A stretch of 64,000 bases of DNA from an uncultured virus (IMG/VR IMGVR_UViG_3300050015_000370) (taxonomy: Duplodnaviria; Heunggongvirae; Uroviricota; Caudoviricetes): the IMG/VR virus record IMGVR_UViG_3300050015_000370; one strand, written 5' to 3'. Under the pieces are notes generated by a model that was not told the DNA's origin, searched no databases, and saw only the letters and a program-made list of their open reading frames with translations. Numbering within the stretch: position 1 is the first letter of the stretch; the number at the start of each line of letters is the position of its first letter. Below, one piece after another: positions 9,203 through 18,247 of the stretch. A program made the position numbers and the translations under genes.

Positions 9203-9700
9203 ATGTTTGTTCGTGGAAATGAAAGTAAGTTAGACACATTAAATATTGGTAAAACCGTTTTAATAAAAAGTTGGCTTAAATCAATGAATATTTATGAAGG
9301 TGATTATAAAATAAATGAAAATTTAACCATAGATCTATATGTTAATCATAATTTTAGGTTTAATAAAAATCTTATAATTGGAGGATGTCTTCCAGAATAT
9401 ATTCAATTTAATGTATGTGTTTCTGATTTTCATCTTTCTAATTTAGAGTTAACATCTTTGAAGGGATCTCCTTATAAGGTGTTAGGAACATATTTTTGTT
9501 CATACAATCCTAGGTTATTATCTCTTGAATACGCGCCTATATTTATTCAAGGAAATTTTATGTGTACAGGTAATCCAAATATAAACAGTAAAATTGTAGG
9601 AAAATATTTTGAAGAAAATACTGTAAATCATTATCAAACATCCATAGATTTTAAAACTTTAGGAGAGAACTATGATATAAAATATAAAAATAAATGGTAA
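9203..9700 (+). CDS. Variable LRR-like family protein (1 unit)
   Basis: FVRG..SKLDTLNIGK..LIKSWL header, LPEYIQFN, LTSLKGSP repeats. Confidence 0.8.
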   Translation: MFVRGNESKLDTLNIGKTVLIKSWLKSMNIYEGDYKINENLTIDLYVNHNFRFNKNLIIGGCLPEYIQFNVCVSDFHLSNLELTSLKGSPYKVLGTYFCSYNPRLLSLEYAPIFIQGNFMCTGNPNINSKIVGKYFEENTVNHYQTSIDFKTLGENYDIKYKNKW

Positions 9701-10011
9701 CACCTATAGATGTAAGAGTATCTTATAAATTAGATACTGGTTGGTCAGCAACCTATTTTGATACTGAAAGAGGAGCAAAAGCAAAGAGAGGTGAGGTTCA
9801 AGGTTTTACTGGTTTACCAACTGGTGGTTACGCTGTATGGTTAGAAAGAAAACTAGGTAATGAAGATGCTCTTAGACATGAACATAATCTTTTTGGTGGT
9901 GGATCTGTTTCGAGAAATGAAGATGGGAGGATGAACTGTGATGGTTATGGTATGAAATATAGGATCTGGTTGGAAGAAAAATATCTCGAAAGGGTTAATC
10001 AAAATGAATAG
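9694..10011 (+). CDS. Hypothetical protein
   Basis: Overlaps both neighbours; internal Y..WLE.K duplication. Confidence 0.6.
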   Translation: MVTPIDVRVSYKLDTGWSATYFDTERGAKAKRGEVQGFTGLPTGGYAVWLERKLGNEDALRHEHNLFGGGSVSRNEDGRMNCDGYGMKYRIWLEEKYLERVNQNE

Positions 10012-10696
10012 TATCCTAAACACAGTATTCGACAAGGTTGTTTGTATATCATTAATGGAAAGAGAGGACAAAAAATTCATAATTGAACAGAAATTTAAGG
10101 ATTTAAACATTGATGTTGAGTTTTTTAGACCAGTAAAATTTAATTTTATAAAAATTATACTTGAAAAATTTGCGCACGGACCAAATTCTAGTTTTTCTCT
10201 TGCAACACCATATGAATTTGGCGCATCATTATCTCATTATCAAGTTATTAAAACTGCCTTATTAGAAGGAAGAGAAAGTCTCTTCATATTTGAAGATGAT
10301 GTGATGTTTGATAAAAATTTTGATAATCGTTTAACTAGAAGTTTTTCAGAATTACCACAAGGATGGAACATGATAATGTTATATGGCTTTGCATATAATT
10401 TAGATGGGTGTTTAAGGGTAAATTCAAAGTGGATAAAGCCTAAGAATTTTTGGAGTGCGATGGCTTATGGAATGGATAGAAAAGCAATGGAAGAATATAT
10501 TAAGATGGCAGATAAATTTTGCAGCGTTGCTGATTTGCCAACAAAAGATATGCAAGAAACTCTAAATGTTTATTGTTCTGTTCCTTCGTTATGTATACCC
10601 GATATAAAATTCGGTAGCGATATAAGGGTCAATATGAATTATGCAACAACAAAAACTGTCATCAATCTTGGGTATGGAGATGAAAATTACATTTAG
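10004..10696 (+). CDS. Glycosyltransferase family 25-like
   Basis: VVCISLMEREDK, GASLSH, IFEDDV motifs. Confidence 0.8.
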   Translation: MNSILNTVFDKVVCISLMEREDKKFIIEQKFKDLNIDVEFFRPVKFNFIKIILEKFAHGPNSSFSLATPYEFGASLSHYQVIKTALLEGRESLFIFEDDVMFDKNFDNRLTRSFSELPQGWNMIMLYGFAYNLDGCLRVNSKWIKPKNFWSAMAYGMDRKAMEEYIKMADKFCSVADLPTKDMQETLNVYCSVPSLCIPDIKFGSDIRVNMNYATTKTVINLGYGDENYI

Positions 10697-10780
10697 AAAG
10701 GCACTGATGTAATTTAGATAAAAGATGAAAGAAACTTTACACATCCAAATATAAGTGCAGAAAAATCACACAGAACACAC

Positions 10781-10812
10781 AAGGAGCAGATTATTCTGCT
10801 CCTTTTTCTTTT
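10781..10812 (+). terminator. Intrinsic terminator between the convergent GT25 and integrase genes
   Basis: AAGGAGCAGA/TCTGCTCCTT stem followed by a T tract. Confidence 0.75.
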
Positions 10813-10830
10813 TCTAAATTATTCTTATAT

Positions 10831-11811
10831 CTAAATTCTGAAATATTTATCACCTGCAATTTGTCTCGCTTTATCTTCCTTTGTTGTTTTGATATAATGA
10901 AAGAAACTTTTTTCAGTTGCATGTCCTGTCATATTCATTATATCATATGTATCCATCCGTGTTGTTTGGTACATATTCGTAGCTGCACTACGACGAGCTG
11001 TGTGACTTGAAATAAGTTCCCATGTCTCTCTTTTTTCATAAATCTCCTTGCCACCCTTCGTGTAACTAAATTTTAATTCATCATCAAATCCTACACGTTT
11101 ACATATAGATTTGATACTTCTATTGAAATATTGTATAGATTTTCCGAAAAATAGATTACCTTCATATTTATTATAAATTTCACGTACGTATTCATGGATA
11201 GGGATGACAACCTTAGTTTTAGTTTTCTTTGTTGTTTTAATTATATAATCCTTTGTGAAATTATCAGGTGTTAATGTAGAAAAATCTGAAAATCTTAAAG
11301 CGGTTAAACATCCAACAACAAAAAGATCGCGTATGAATTCTTGTTTCTTTGTTAACCCTTTATAATAATAAATTCTTGTAATTTTATTCATGCTCAAAAA
11401 TATAGAAAAAGAGTTTTCATGTTTAACAAAAACATCATCATATGATGGATCGACAGCATAACCATATTTACCTGCCTTACTCACCATAGATTTAAGAAGA
11501 GATAAAATACCGGAAATATAATTTTGTCTAAGATTTTTAGATTCTAAATAACTTATAAATTCGTCCATGAAGAATTCTCCAACGGAATTAGTGTAAATAA
11601 TAGCGTTATTTTCTTTTGAGAACTGTTCAATATGAAAAATAAGGGTGTTATAATTTTTTACATACATTCCACTCATCCTTTTTGATTTTCGTAATGTAGT
11701 TGATATTACAAAATCTTTAAAAAGCACCCCTGTTTTTGGAATTGATTCAATGAGATGGTTGATGTAATCCTTCTTTTGTGGATTTTTTTCTAATTCTTAA
11801 GATGTTTCCAT
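10831..11811 (-). CDS. Tyrosine recombinase/integrase (Bacteroidota-type); ATG 11811 is followed by an in-frame TAA at codon 5, alternative GTG start at 11727
   Basis: Catalytic R (LRFSD), K, HTARR, TGH and Y all present; upstream frame reads METS*ELEKNPQKKDYINHL. Confidence 0.85.
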
Positions 11812-11833
11812 AATTAATTTTATTAAAATATAG

Positions 11834-11841
11834 CAAATATA
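11834..11841 (-). promoter_or_regulatory. Bacteroidota-type -7 promoter element TATATTTG upstream of the integrase
   Basis: TAnnTTTG consensus, 22 nt before ATG 11811. Confidence 0.5.
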
Positions 11842-11864
11842 ACAATATTTTTTAATATTTTAAT

Positions 11865-11898
11865 AAAAAGAACCATCTATTTTTTAAATAAATGGTTC
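11865..11898 (-). terminator. Terminator after the SGNH gene
   Basis: Minus strand GAACCAT...ATGGTTC stem followed by TTTTT. Confidence 0.55.
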
Positions 11899-11922
11899 AG
11901 TATGCTTCTCTATGTGAACCAT

Positions 11923-13836
11923 TTACACTTCAAAACTTTTCAAGAAAAACCAATAGCAATCGGCAATTTGCCAGTAACCTTCAGTTGATGGGTGAACATG
12001 TCCATTTGAAGCAATACTTTCAATTGTTTTCGCATTTCTGGCATTGACTGGAAGCGATTCGAGACCCATATTGTATCGGGTATCCAAATTTGTATTAACA
12101 GGAACAATATAAACACGCCCAGCCTCTTGGTTTTGAAACTGATTGGTCAATGCTTTAACAAACATCCAATTGGCCAGCTTATAATTTTCTCTTGAGTAAC
12201 TCATTCCAAATAGTTTCCCCCACGGATTATGATCGTATGATGGAGGTATCGTGAGAGCTATTCCAATCTTTATCCCTGCTCCGGCTGATTTAATACTATC
12301 AATCATTATCTGATAACGCGCCAAGATATTAGGTATTTCTGCATTTGCTTCTGGCACTCCAGAAAATCCAAACATGTCTGAAATTCCAAGATTGATAATT
12401 ACATAGTCTGGGGTTGTAATTCCATTAACTGACAAGTATTGAGCGAAATCGAATACACCTGCAAAAACAAACGGACTTCCTACTGCGACAAATTGACTGG
12501 CCGTCCATCCGCTTCTACCCTCATGCTTATTGGGCGCAGTTCCTTGCGTACCAAGAAGGGTAATATCCATAACATCGGTATCGAAGTTTGCGTTAAGTTT
12601 TGTCATACAAACACCATTTGCCGTTGTACTGTCACCTATTACCAACACTTTTTTATTTATCCCATTCCCAACGCTTGCAGCACTAACAATTAGGCTTGAA
12701 TATATGTAGTTTTTAATAAGCCTATCCTGTGCAACATTAACTAAATAAGTAAATGTTCCAGCAGCAATTGGATTTACTCTAAAGTAGTTTTCAAACTTTG
12801 CCCCAACAGGACAACTTCCACTAAAGGTGTATTTTGTATCACGATCATTACATATATTGTCATAGTAGATATTAAGCTCTTGACCTACAATGGCATATAT
12901 CTTAGGTGGCATCGTTAATTCTACAACTATATCCTTTGGTTGTGGTAATTGATCTGATAATCTATGACCGTAAGATTCGTATGGAGTTGCTACCGATCCT
13001 AATTCGATTTGAAATGAATTCACTCCAGGGCCGGAAGTCATACTACATCTGATATACGCTGCTGTTGAAGGTGACGTGATAGTTCTTGGACTTGTTCCGT
13101 TTGCTAACCCACTAATAAAAGTTTTACTGGAGTTATAAAATGCCAAATAATACCCAGTCGATTCAGTGTAATTAGTAGACGGTAAAATAGGGATATAGTC
13201 TGATGTTGAGTATGTAGCATTAACGTAAGGAACTCCTGTACCTTGGTTCATAACATATCCAACAGTTACCGTTGATTTATCAAACAAATTCTTTCCAGTT
13301 GCAATGAAATTTGTTTTTTTCAAAGTGACTGCGGAGTCTTTAATGTTTTCAGTTCCAACAGCATCCAAAGCCGTAGATGGTAAGCGGATTGGATCAACTT
13401 CTTTCCATTCTTTATACGCCTCCCATGCAGTAGCCACGCTACCATCTTCTACCTGTAATGACGCCCATCCGCTCGGTGAATCAATACGTAGGTAAGCTGC
13501 ATTAGCAGGAGCTACATGGGTTAAAGCGGTATCGGTAGTTGCCGTTCCTGAGATATAAACCTTTGCAGCGGTGTACCAAGCCATTCGAACTTTTACGGAT
13601 TGCGTATAAGTATTACCGGCAATTACAGGAATGAATCCAGAAGTATTGTATGAGGCATTGGCAGTAATGGCTCCAGTAGTGTTAATTAAATAGTAACCAA
13701 TGGCACAATCAGGGTCTGATATATTAAATAGATTTTTCCCTGTTTTTTTATAGGCTGTTACCTTTTCTGCGAGATTGAATACTATATCATCTACAAGAGT
13801 GCCAATTGTTCCATTATCGTTTTTTAGTGTTCTCAT
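11923..13836 (-). CDS. SGNH/GDSL hydrolase with two N-terminal GKNLF carbohydrate-binding-like repeats (possible virion-associated esterase)
   Basis: IGDST, EGRSGW, NLGISD, HVHP blocks; duplicated TGKNLF...S.YIP...P..AAY.R domain. Confidence 0.75.
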   Translation of the reverse strand: MRTLKNDNGTIGTLVDDIVFNLAEKVTAYKKTGKNLFNISDPDCAIGYYLINTTGAITANASYNTSGFIPVIAGNTYTQSVKVRMAWYTAAKVYISGTATTDTALTHVAPANAAYLRIDSPSGWASLQVEDGSVATAWEAYKEWKEVDPIRLPSTALDAVGTENIKDSAVTLKKTNFIATGKNLFDKSTVTVGYVMNQGTGVPYVNATYSTSDYIPILPSTNYTESTGYYLAFYNSSKTFISGLANGTSPRTITSPSTAAYIRCSMTSGPGVNSFQIELGSVATPYESYGHRLSDQLPQPKDIVVELTMPPKIYAIVGQELNIYYDNICNDRDTKYTFSGSCPVGAKFENYFRVNPIAAGTFTYLVNVAQDRLIKNYIYSSLIVSAASVGNGINKKVLVIGDSTTANGVCMTKLNANFDTDVMDITLLGTQGTAPNKHEGRSGWTASQFVAVGSPFVFAGVFDFAQYLSVNGITTPDYVIINLGISDMFGFSGVPEANAEIPNILARYQIMIDSIKSAGAGIKIGIALTIPPSYDHNPWGKLFGMSYSRENYKLANWMFVKALTNQFQNQEAGRVYIVPVNTNLDTRYNMGLESLPVNARNAKTIESIASNGHVHPSTEGYWQIADCYWFFLKSFEV

Positions 13837-13838
13837 AA

Positions 13839-14195
13839 TTAATAGGTAGTATTATAAGTATATGGTGTTGAATTTGTATAAGCCATTGACGAACTGACAT
13901 CGGTCACATTGACGGTAACCTTGTATTTCTTTCCCTTTGATGATGTAACCATCAGAATATAGTAAGATTGTGTTTCGTAATCAGGAGCAACTTTGAAAGT
14001 GATTACTCCACCCGTCGAAATATCAAATATTGATCCTCCTGAAGTGATTGTAAAACCAGTTGCAGCGGGTTCGTTTATCGTTCCGACTGCGGTCTGATTC
14101 TCCGCAACTGTGAATTGCAAAAGGTTCAACATTGCCCCTTTCTGAACCATTACACCTATACCGGTTTTAATCCCCATTTCATATCCTACTTTCAT
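13839..14195 (-). CDS. Cadherin-like domain protein
   Basis: VAENQT, F.I...G.ITF...PDYE, V.V.VTDV cadherin motifs. Confidence 0.7.
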   Translation of the reverse strand: MKVGYEMGIKTGIGVMVQKGAMLNLLQFTVAENQTAVGTINEPAATGFTITSGGSIFDISTGGVITFKVAPDYETQSYYILMVTSSKGKKYKVTVNVTDVSSSMAYTNSTPYTYNTTY

Positions 14196-14545
14196 TATGA
14201 AAATAAATATTTAAAATTAGTTAAAGTTCCTGTTCCAGCTACAGAAATAGCCGGGCGTATCCATTGATTTAAAGTAAGACCTGACATCTCTATAGAATTA
14301 CATATACTACTATCAAATGCAAATGTTAATGTAGTATAAACACCATTACTATCTACTGATTTAAGTGAGCTCCATGTTGATGCATCGATGCTTTGTTCAA
14401 AATTAAATGTGCCAGATAATCCAGTTCCATTTATTTGAATCATCATATTATTACCGCTTACTTGAACTTGTTTAAATGTAAATGGTACAGATGCTAAATT
14501 TCTACTAGAATCTATCGTTATAAATGGTATTCCATATTGTGCCAT
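14195..14545 (-). CDS. Hypothetical beta-rich protein
   Basis: ORF with a GATATATA motif upstream; coupled to the next gene. Confidence 0.65.
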   Translation of the reverse strand: MAQYGIPFITIDSSRNLASVPFTFKQVQVSGNNMMIQINGTGLSGTFNFEQSIDASTWSSLKSVDSNGVYTTLTFAFDSSICNSIEMSGLTLNQWIRPAISVAGTGTLTNFKYLFS

Positions 14546-14562
14546 AATATTTTTCTTTATCT

Positions 14563-14570
14563 TATATATC
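14563..14570 (-). promoter_or_regulatory. Putative late promoter GATATATA
   Basis: Recurrent octamer before ATG 14545. Confidence 0.55.
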
Positions 14571-14573
14571 CCC

Positions 14574-14600
14574 CGAAAGAGGAATAATATTCCTCTTTCG
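14574..14600. terminator. Hairpin immediately after the S1 stop codon
   Basis: CGAAAGAGGAATA/TATTCCTCTTTCG inverted repeat. Confidence 0.55.
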
Positions 14601-14603
14601 TTT

Positions 14604-15809
14604 TTAAAATTTAAAAGTTATTTTTTCATCTTCAAAATCGTTTATTTTAGCTTTCAACTTATCTCCGAGTTTAAATAGATTTTCATTCATCTTATTTTTG
14701 CGAAACTCTCGCACAGGTAGTGAACCTTTGATATCATCTACTTCTACTATAAATCCTGATTTTGTATAATCAACAAGTTTAACTTCAATATCTATATCCT
14801 TATTATCAAGGACCCATTTATAGATGCGAATCATCTTTTCTGCATAACTTTCCTCGCTTAATATGATCCTATTATATTTACTAATCTCAGATATGTAAAA
14901 TTCAATAGCTTCACCAGATTTAAACTCACGAGCGTTAAATCGTTCAAGTGTTTCTGGATGCATTTTTGATGTATGTAGTAATCCTGTAAAAATTTCATCA
15001 AACTCAACAAATATACCATATGCAGATGTTCCAGTTACATAACCACTGTGTTGCTTTGTTAGATCTAACTCCTTGATTTTAATAGGGATAATGTAATCCA
15101 AATATTTTTTATGAGATACAATAAATGAGGCCATATCATTAAGATAATCTTCAACCATAACTATCACTTCCTTACCGATCATAGCATTAAAATCGTAGAT
15201 CTTGTTAGGAGCTGCTAACGATCCTGGCATAAATGCTTGAATTCCTTGAACTTCACAAAAGAATCCACCTCTATTTGCATCAATTATCTTTGCTGTATAT
15301 GCCTTTGTTGGATTTGCAATCTGTTGCATAAATTCTGTGCGAAGAGTGTTTAGATAACCTTGCCATAGTGAGAATTTTAGGTTTGGTTTCGATTCGATGA
15401 TGCTAACATATAATTTGTTTGCAACAAACCCTGCGGCGAAATCTGGGTTTTTTAGTAAGTCACAAAATTCTTTTACATCGATATAACCAAATACCTGTAG
15501 AAGTTTCTTTTCATCATTGAAGTTTACCTCCAAAGTAAATCCGCTCATCAATTGGACTGTTACGCGAGAATCGACAACATTTTTGATTGCAGTTACCAAT
15601 ACTTGGTCACCACGCTCCAGGTCCTTCTTCACCACTGTGAAATTGTCATTGTTAATAAGGTCGAATAGTTGTTGGGAATAAACTTCTCTAGAGAAGCATT
15701 TAGTGTGTTCGGTTGTACCTTTGATCTTAGTGTTTGGAACTAAACGGTTACCACCTTTGAAAGAACTGTCATAAGCCGACCAGTTAAATTCTTCATTTTG
15801 TCTGAGCAT
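14604..15809 (-). CDS. Ribosomal protein S1-like protein (multiple S1/OB domains)
   Basis: NRGGFFCEVQGIQAFMPGS, YGIFVEF..IFTGLLHTS, RIILS, GFIVEV..IKGSLP are S1-domain signatures. Confidence 0.8.
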   Translation of the reverse strand: MLRQNEEFNWSAYDSSFKGGNRLVPNTKIKGTTEHTKCFSREVYSQQLFDLINNDNFTVVKKDLERGDQVLVTAIKNVVDSRVTVQLMSGFTLEVNFNDEKKLLQVFGYIDVKEFCDLLKNPDFAAGFVANKLYVSIIESKPNLKFSLWQGYLNTLRTEFMQQIANPTKAYTAKIIDANRGGFFCEVQGIQAFMPGSLAAPNKIYDFNAMIGKEVIVMVEDYLNDMASFIVSHKKYLDYIIPIKIKELDLTKQHSGYVTGTSAYGIFVEFDEIFTGLLHTSKMHPETLERFNAREFKSGEAIEFYISEISKYNRIILSEESYAEKMIRIYKWVLDNKDIDIEVKLVDYTKSGFIVEVDDIKGSLPVREFRKNKMNENLFKLGDKLKAKINDFEDEKITFKF

Positions 15810-15852
15810 TTTTCTTATTTTAAGAGTGTGAAAATATAAAAATCTTTATTAA

Positions 15853-15879
15853 TTATACTATCTATACACTACATAGTTT
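15853..15879 (-). promoter_or_regulatory. Putative middle promoter AAAC-N18-TATAA
   Basis: Same spacing as four other copies located before replication genes. Confidence 0.6.
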
Positions 15880-15916
15880 CGCCCTTTCTGTACTTGGTGC
15901 ACCACTTTTTCTATCG

Positions 15917-15928
15917 GATATATAAATA
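15917..15928 (+). promoter_or_regulatory. Putative late promoter GATATATA overlapping T4-type TATAAATA
   Basis: GATATATAAATA before ATG 15943, at the head of the structural cluster. Confidence 0.6.
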
Positions 15929-15942
15929 AAAGTCACACTATA

Positions 15943-16527
15943 ATGGATATAAAAAATCTGGGTTTGAATACATTCATCCCCGAAATGTATAAAACCATAA
16001 ATTATAATTTTGCTTCTACAAAACGATATTTAGATGTTATATACAATGAAACACTTGGTGTTGTTGTGGTTCCTATTAACACAACAGGTAGGGTAAAGGC
16101 TGCATCAGGCGAGTTCGTGAATGTAACAACAGACAATCTCATTATTCGTAACCAATTTACTAACATATATAGTAATGTCACCACAGCAAACCTAGATCTT
16201 TATAATACAATAAAAGGAGCTGAAGCAATATATCGCGACCCATCAACATGGGAGCTTCCGAATTTTAAATATATAGATGTTGTTAAACCTTATTATAAGA
16301 TAAAGGGTGGACAACAAATCGCCCTTAGATGTCCGGTTGTATCTCAAATTGTTGAACTGATATTAGATTCAGATGGCGGTAACTTTGCAGATTTTACAAT
16401 ATTATTAGAGCAAACCGGTGCATCTTATGCTGTCAACAGTAGTCAACTTGGAGATACAGTAAAATTGATATGTATGTCATATGATGTAAGCACCGGAAAT
16501 ACTTGGGTACCTTTAAAACAACGTTAA
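15943..16527 (+). CDS. Hypothetical protein, probably virion structural
   Basis: First ORF after a late-type promoter. Confidence 0.6.
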   Translation: MDIKNLGLNTFIPEMYKTINYNFASTKRYLDVIYNETLGVVVVPINTTGRVKAASGEFVNVTTDNLIIRNQFTNIYSNVTTANLDLYNTIKGAEAIYRDPSTWELPNFKYIDVVKPYYKIKGGQQIALRCPVVSQIVELILDSDGGNFADFTILLEQTGASYAVNSSQLGDTVKLICMSYDVSTGNTWVPLKQR

Positions 16528-16540
16528 AAAAATATAAACT

Positions 16541-18232
16541 ATGTCAAACACAATTACACCATTTATAAAAAGAATGCGTACTCAAGGCGGTACTATTTAC
16601 ACCTTTACCTCAGCATTAGAGGATATCGGTCTTAATATCTCTGAGAGAAGTAATAATGTTAAGATCTCGAATTTTGCATTACTCAATATACCGCCGATAG
16701 AGGCACCTTCCACAATAGATAAAAATACATTCAATGTATTTGCTCCAAACGGTGCGTTTGCAAATTTTATAGGAGATGACAGTATCAAGGATGGCCGTGT
16801 TATAATTGCGGAAAGTTTTCAAAATTACGCTCTAAATTTTGAGGCAAATCTTTTAAACAATCCAAATTATAACGCAAATTTATTAACGACTGTTTCAGAA
16901 AGAGTTTTCTGGAAATGGTTAAAGGAAACTGGAGCAATAAGATGGTCAAAAGATTCCATCGGTTATTTTACAGAAGAGAATACTTTAGATAGTTCAGTTG
17001 GATATAATTCAGTTGTAAAATATATCGGGGAATTGAGTGCTGGATCTATTCGTACGGATAAATTCGGTACTTATAATGAAACATATGTTCTTGTGCCTAC
17101 ATCTCACGGCCAAACATTTGTATTTTTTAAACAAGTTGAGGATGAAAACTACTATTCAAATCTTTCTATAGGAAATGGAGCAACGAATGTATTAGGAAGA
17201 GAAAATTATACAAAACCTCATTTTGATGGTTTAGACTATAAGGCGGTATATGATTCAACGAATTCGAGTACTGTGGTCGGAGGTTATAACACATTCTATA
17301 TGAATGATAGTTCTGTTTATACACCTGGATGGTGGTATACTTATGAATCTAAAACACCATCACCAAATTCATATTTAACTGATGATGATACATATATAGC
17401 GAATAATAAGTTAAACACTCAACTTAAATACGAAAACGGAGGATCGAGTGTAGAATTTTTACGTTCAAACCTAGATTGTATGTCAATCGAATTCAATATG
17501 GACAATTTAAAGATCCAATATGATGATCCTACATTAACCTTCGATAAATTAGCAATTGAAGATTCAATAAATAATAATTTTGATTTTAACGCCATTCTTT
17601 TATATTATACTGTTTACAATAAAGATTATACGAAGGTCTTAGCTAGAAATTTATTGGGTGTTTTATTTTTGGACACACCGTCTGGAAATACCTCAAATTT
17701 TCCAGCTACAAGTATAATCATCCCGTCAATTACAAAATTACAAAGTGGCCCGACAGGTTTCGGAACATCATACTCATTCAAAGTGAATATTAAATCTGAC
17801 AACCTTGGAGATGATACACAAGCCATCATAATTGATGAATCAACATCGGCCCAAACAGCTTTGACAGAATGGAGTGACGTTTTTGATAATTTAAGCAAAA
17901 GTTTGGATATATTGAATAAACACACCCAAACAATAAATTATATTTCACAACAATACAATCAAATTAACGATAAACAAAACCAAATACTTCAGATAGATTA
18001 TTTAAACAACGCTAGTTCTGGATTGAAAAAACTAGAGTTTTCTTTAGATATCACTGCAAATATAGATTATCCTTATGACACACAATCATCTGTTGAACCA
18101 TCTTTTGTTCAAATAATAGATGCACTAGGATTTCCTATGGGATTTAGTCTTGTTTTCAACACAACATGGTTTATAACGATAACTTCAACTATTATCAGCC
18201 AAACCGTTAAATTAAAAATTTTATACACCTAA
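16541..18232 (+). CDS. Hypothetical protein, probably virion structural (baseplate/tail region)
   Basis: 563-aa N/S/T-rich ORF in the late cluster; short C-terminal coiled coil. Confidence 0.6.
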   Translation: MSNTITPFIKRMRTQGGTIYTFTSALEDIGLNISERSNNVKISNFALLNIPPIEAPSTIDKNTFNVFAPNGAFANFIGDDSIKDGRVIIAESFQNYALNFEANLLNNPNYNANLLTTVSERVFWKWLKETGAIRWSKDSIGYFTEENTLDSSVGYNSVVKYIGELSAGSIRTDKFGTYNETYVLVPTSHGQTFVFFKQVEDENYYSNLSIGNGATNVLGRENYTKPHFDGLDYKAVYDSTNSSTVVGGYNTFYMNDSSVYTPGWWYTYESKTPSPNSYLTDDDTYIANNKLNTQLKYENGGSSVEFLRSNLDCMSIEFNMDNLKIQYDDPTLTFDKLAIEDSINNNFDFNAILLYYTVYNKDYTKVLARNLLGVLFLDTPSGNTSNFPATSIIIPSITKLQSGPTGFGTSYSFKVNIKSDNLGDDTQAIIIDESTSAQTALTEWSDVFDNLSKSLDILNKHTQTINYISQQYNQINDKQNQILQIDYLNNASSGLKKLEFSLDITANIDYPYDTQSSVEPSFVQIIDALGFPMGFSLVFNTTWFITITSTIISQTVKLKILYT

Positions 18233-18247
18233 AAAAACCAACTACTA

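Noticed and set aside
2..9700. Diversity-generating retroelement behind the LRR-like variability
   Set aside because: No reverse transcriptase and no near-identical TR/VR pair differing at adenines; the paralogs differ at all base types.
10697..10812. Small RNA between GT25 and its terminator
   Set aside because: AAAC..TATAA spacing is 14 rather than 17-18 and there is no structure beyond the terminator.
15880..15905. tRNA-like 3' end (GGTGCACCA)
   Set aside because: No T-loop, anticodon arm or cloverleaf can be built; no tRNA or rRNA was seen in the window.
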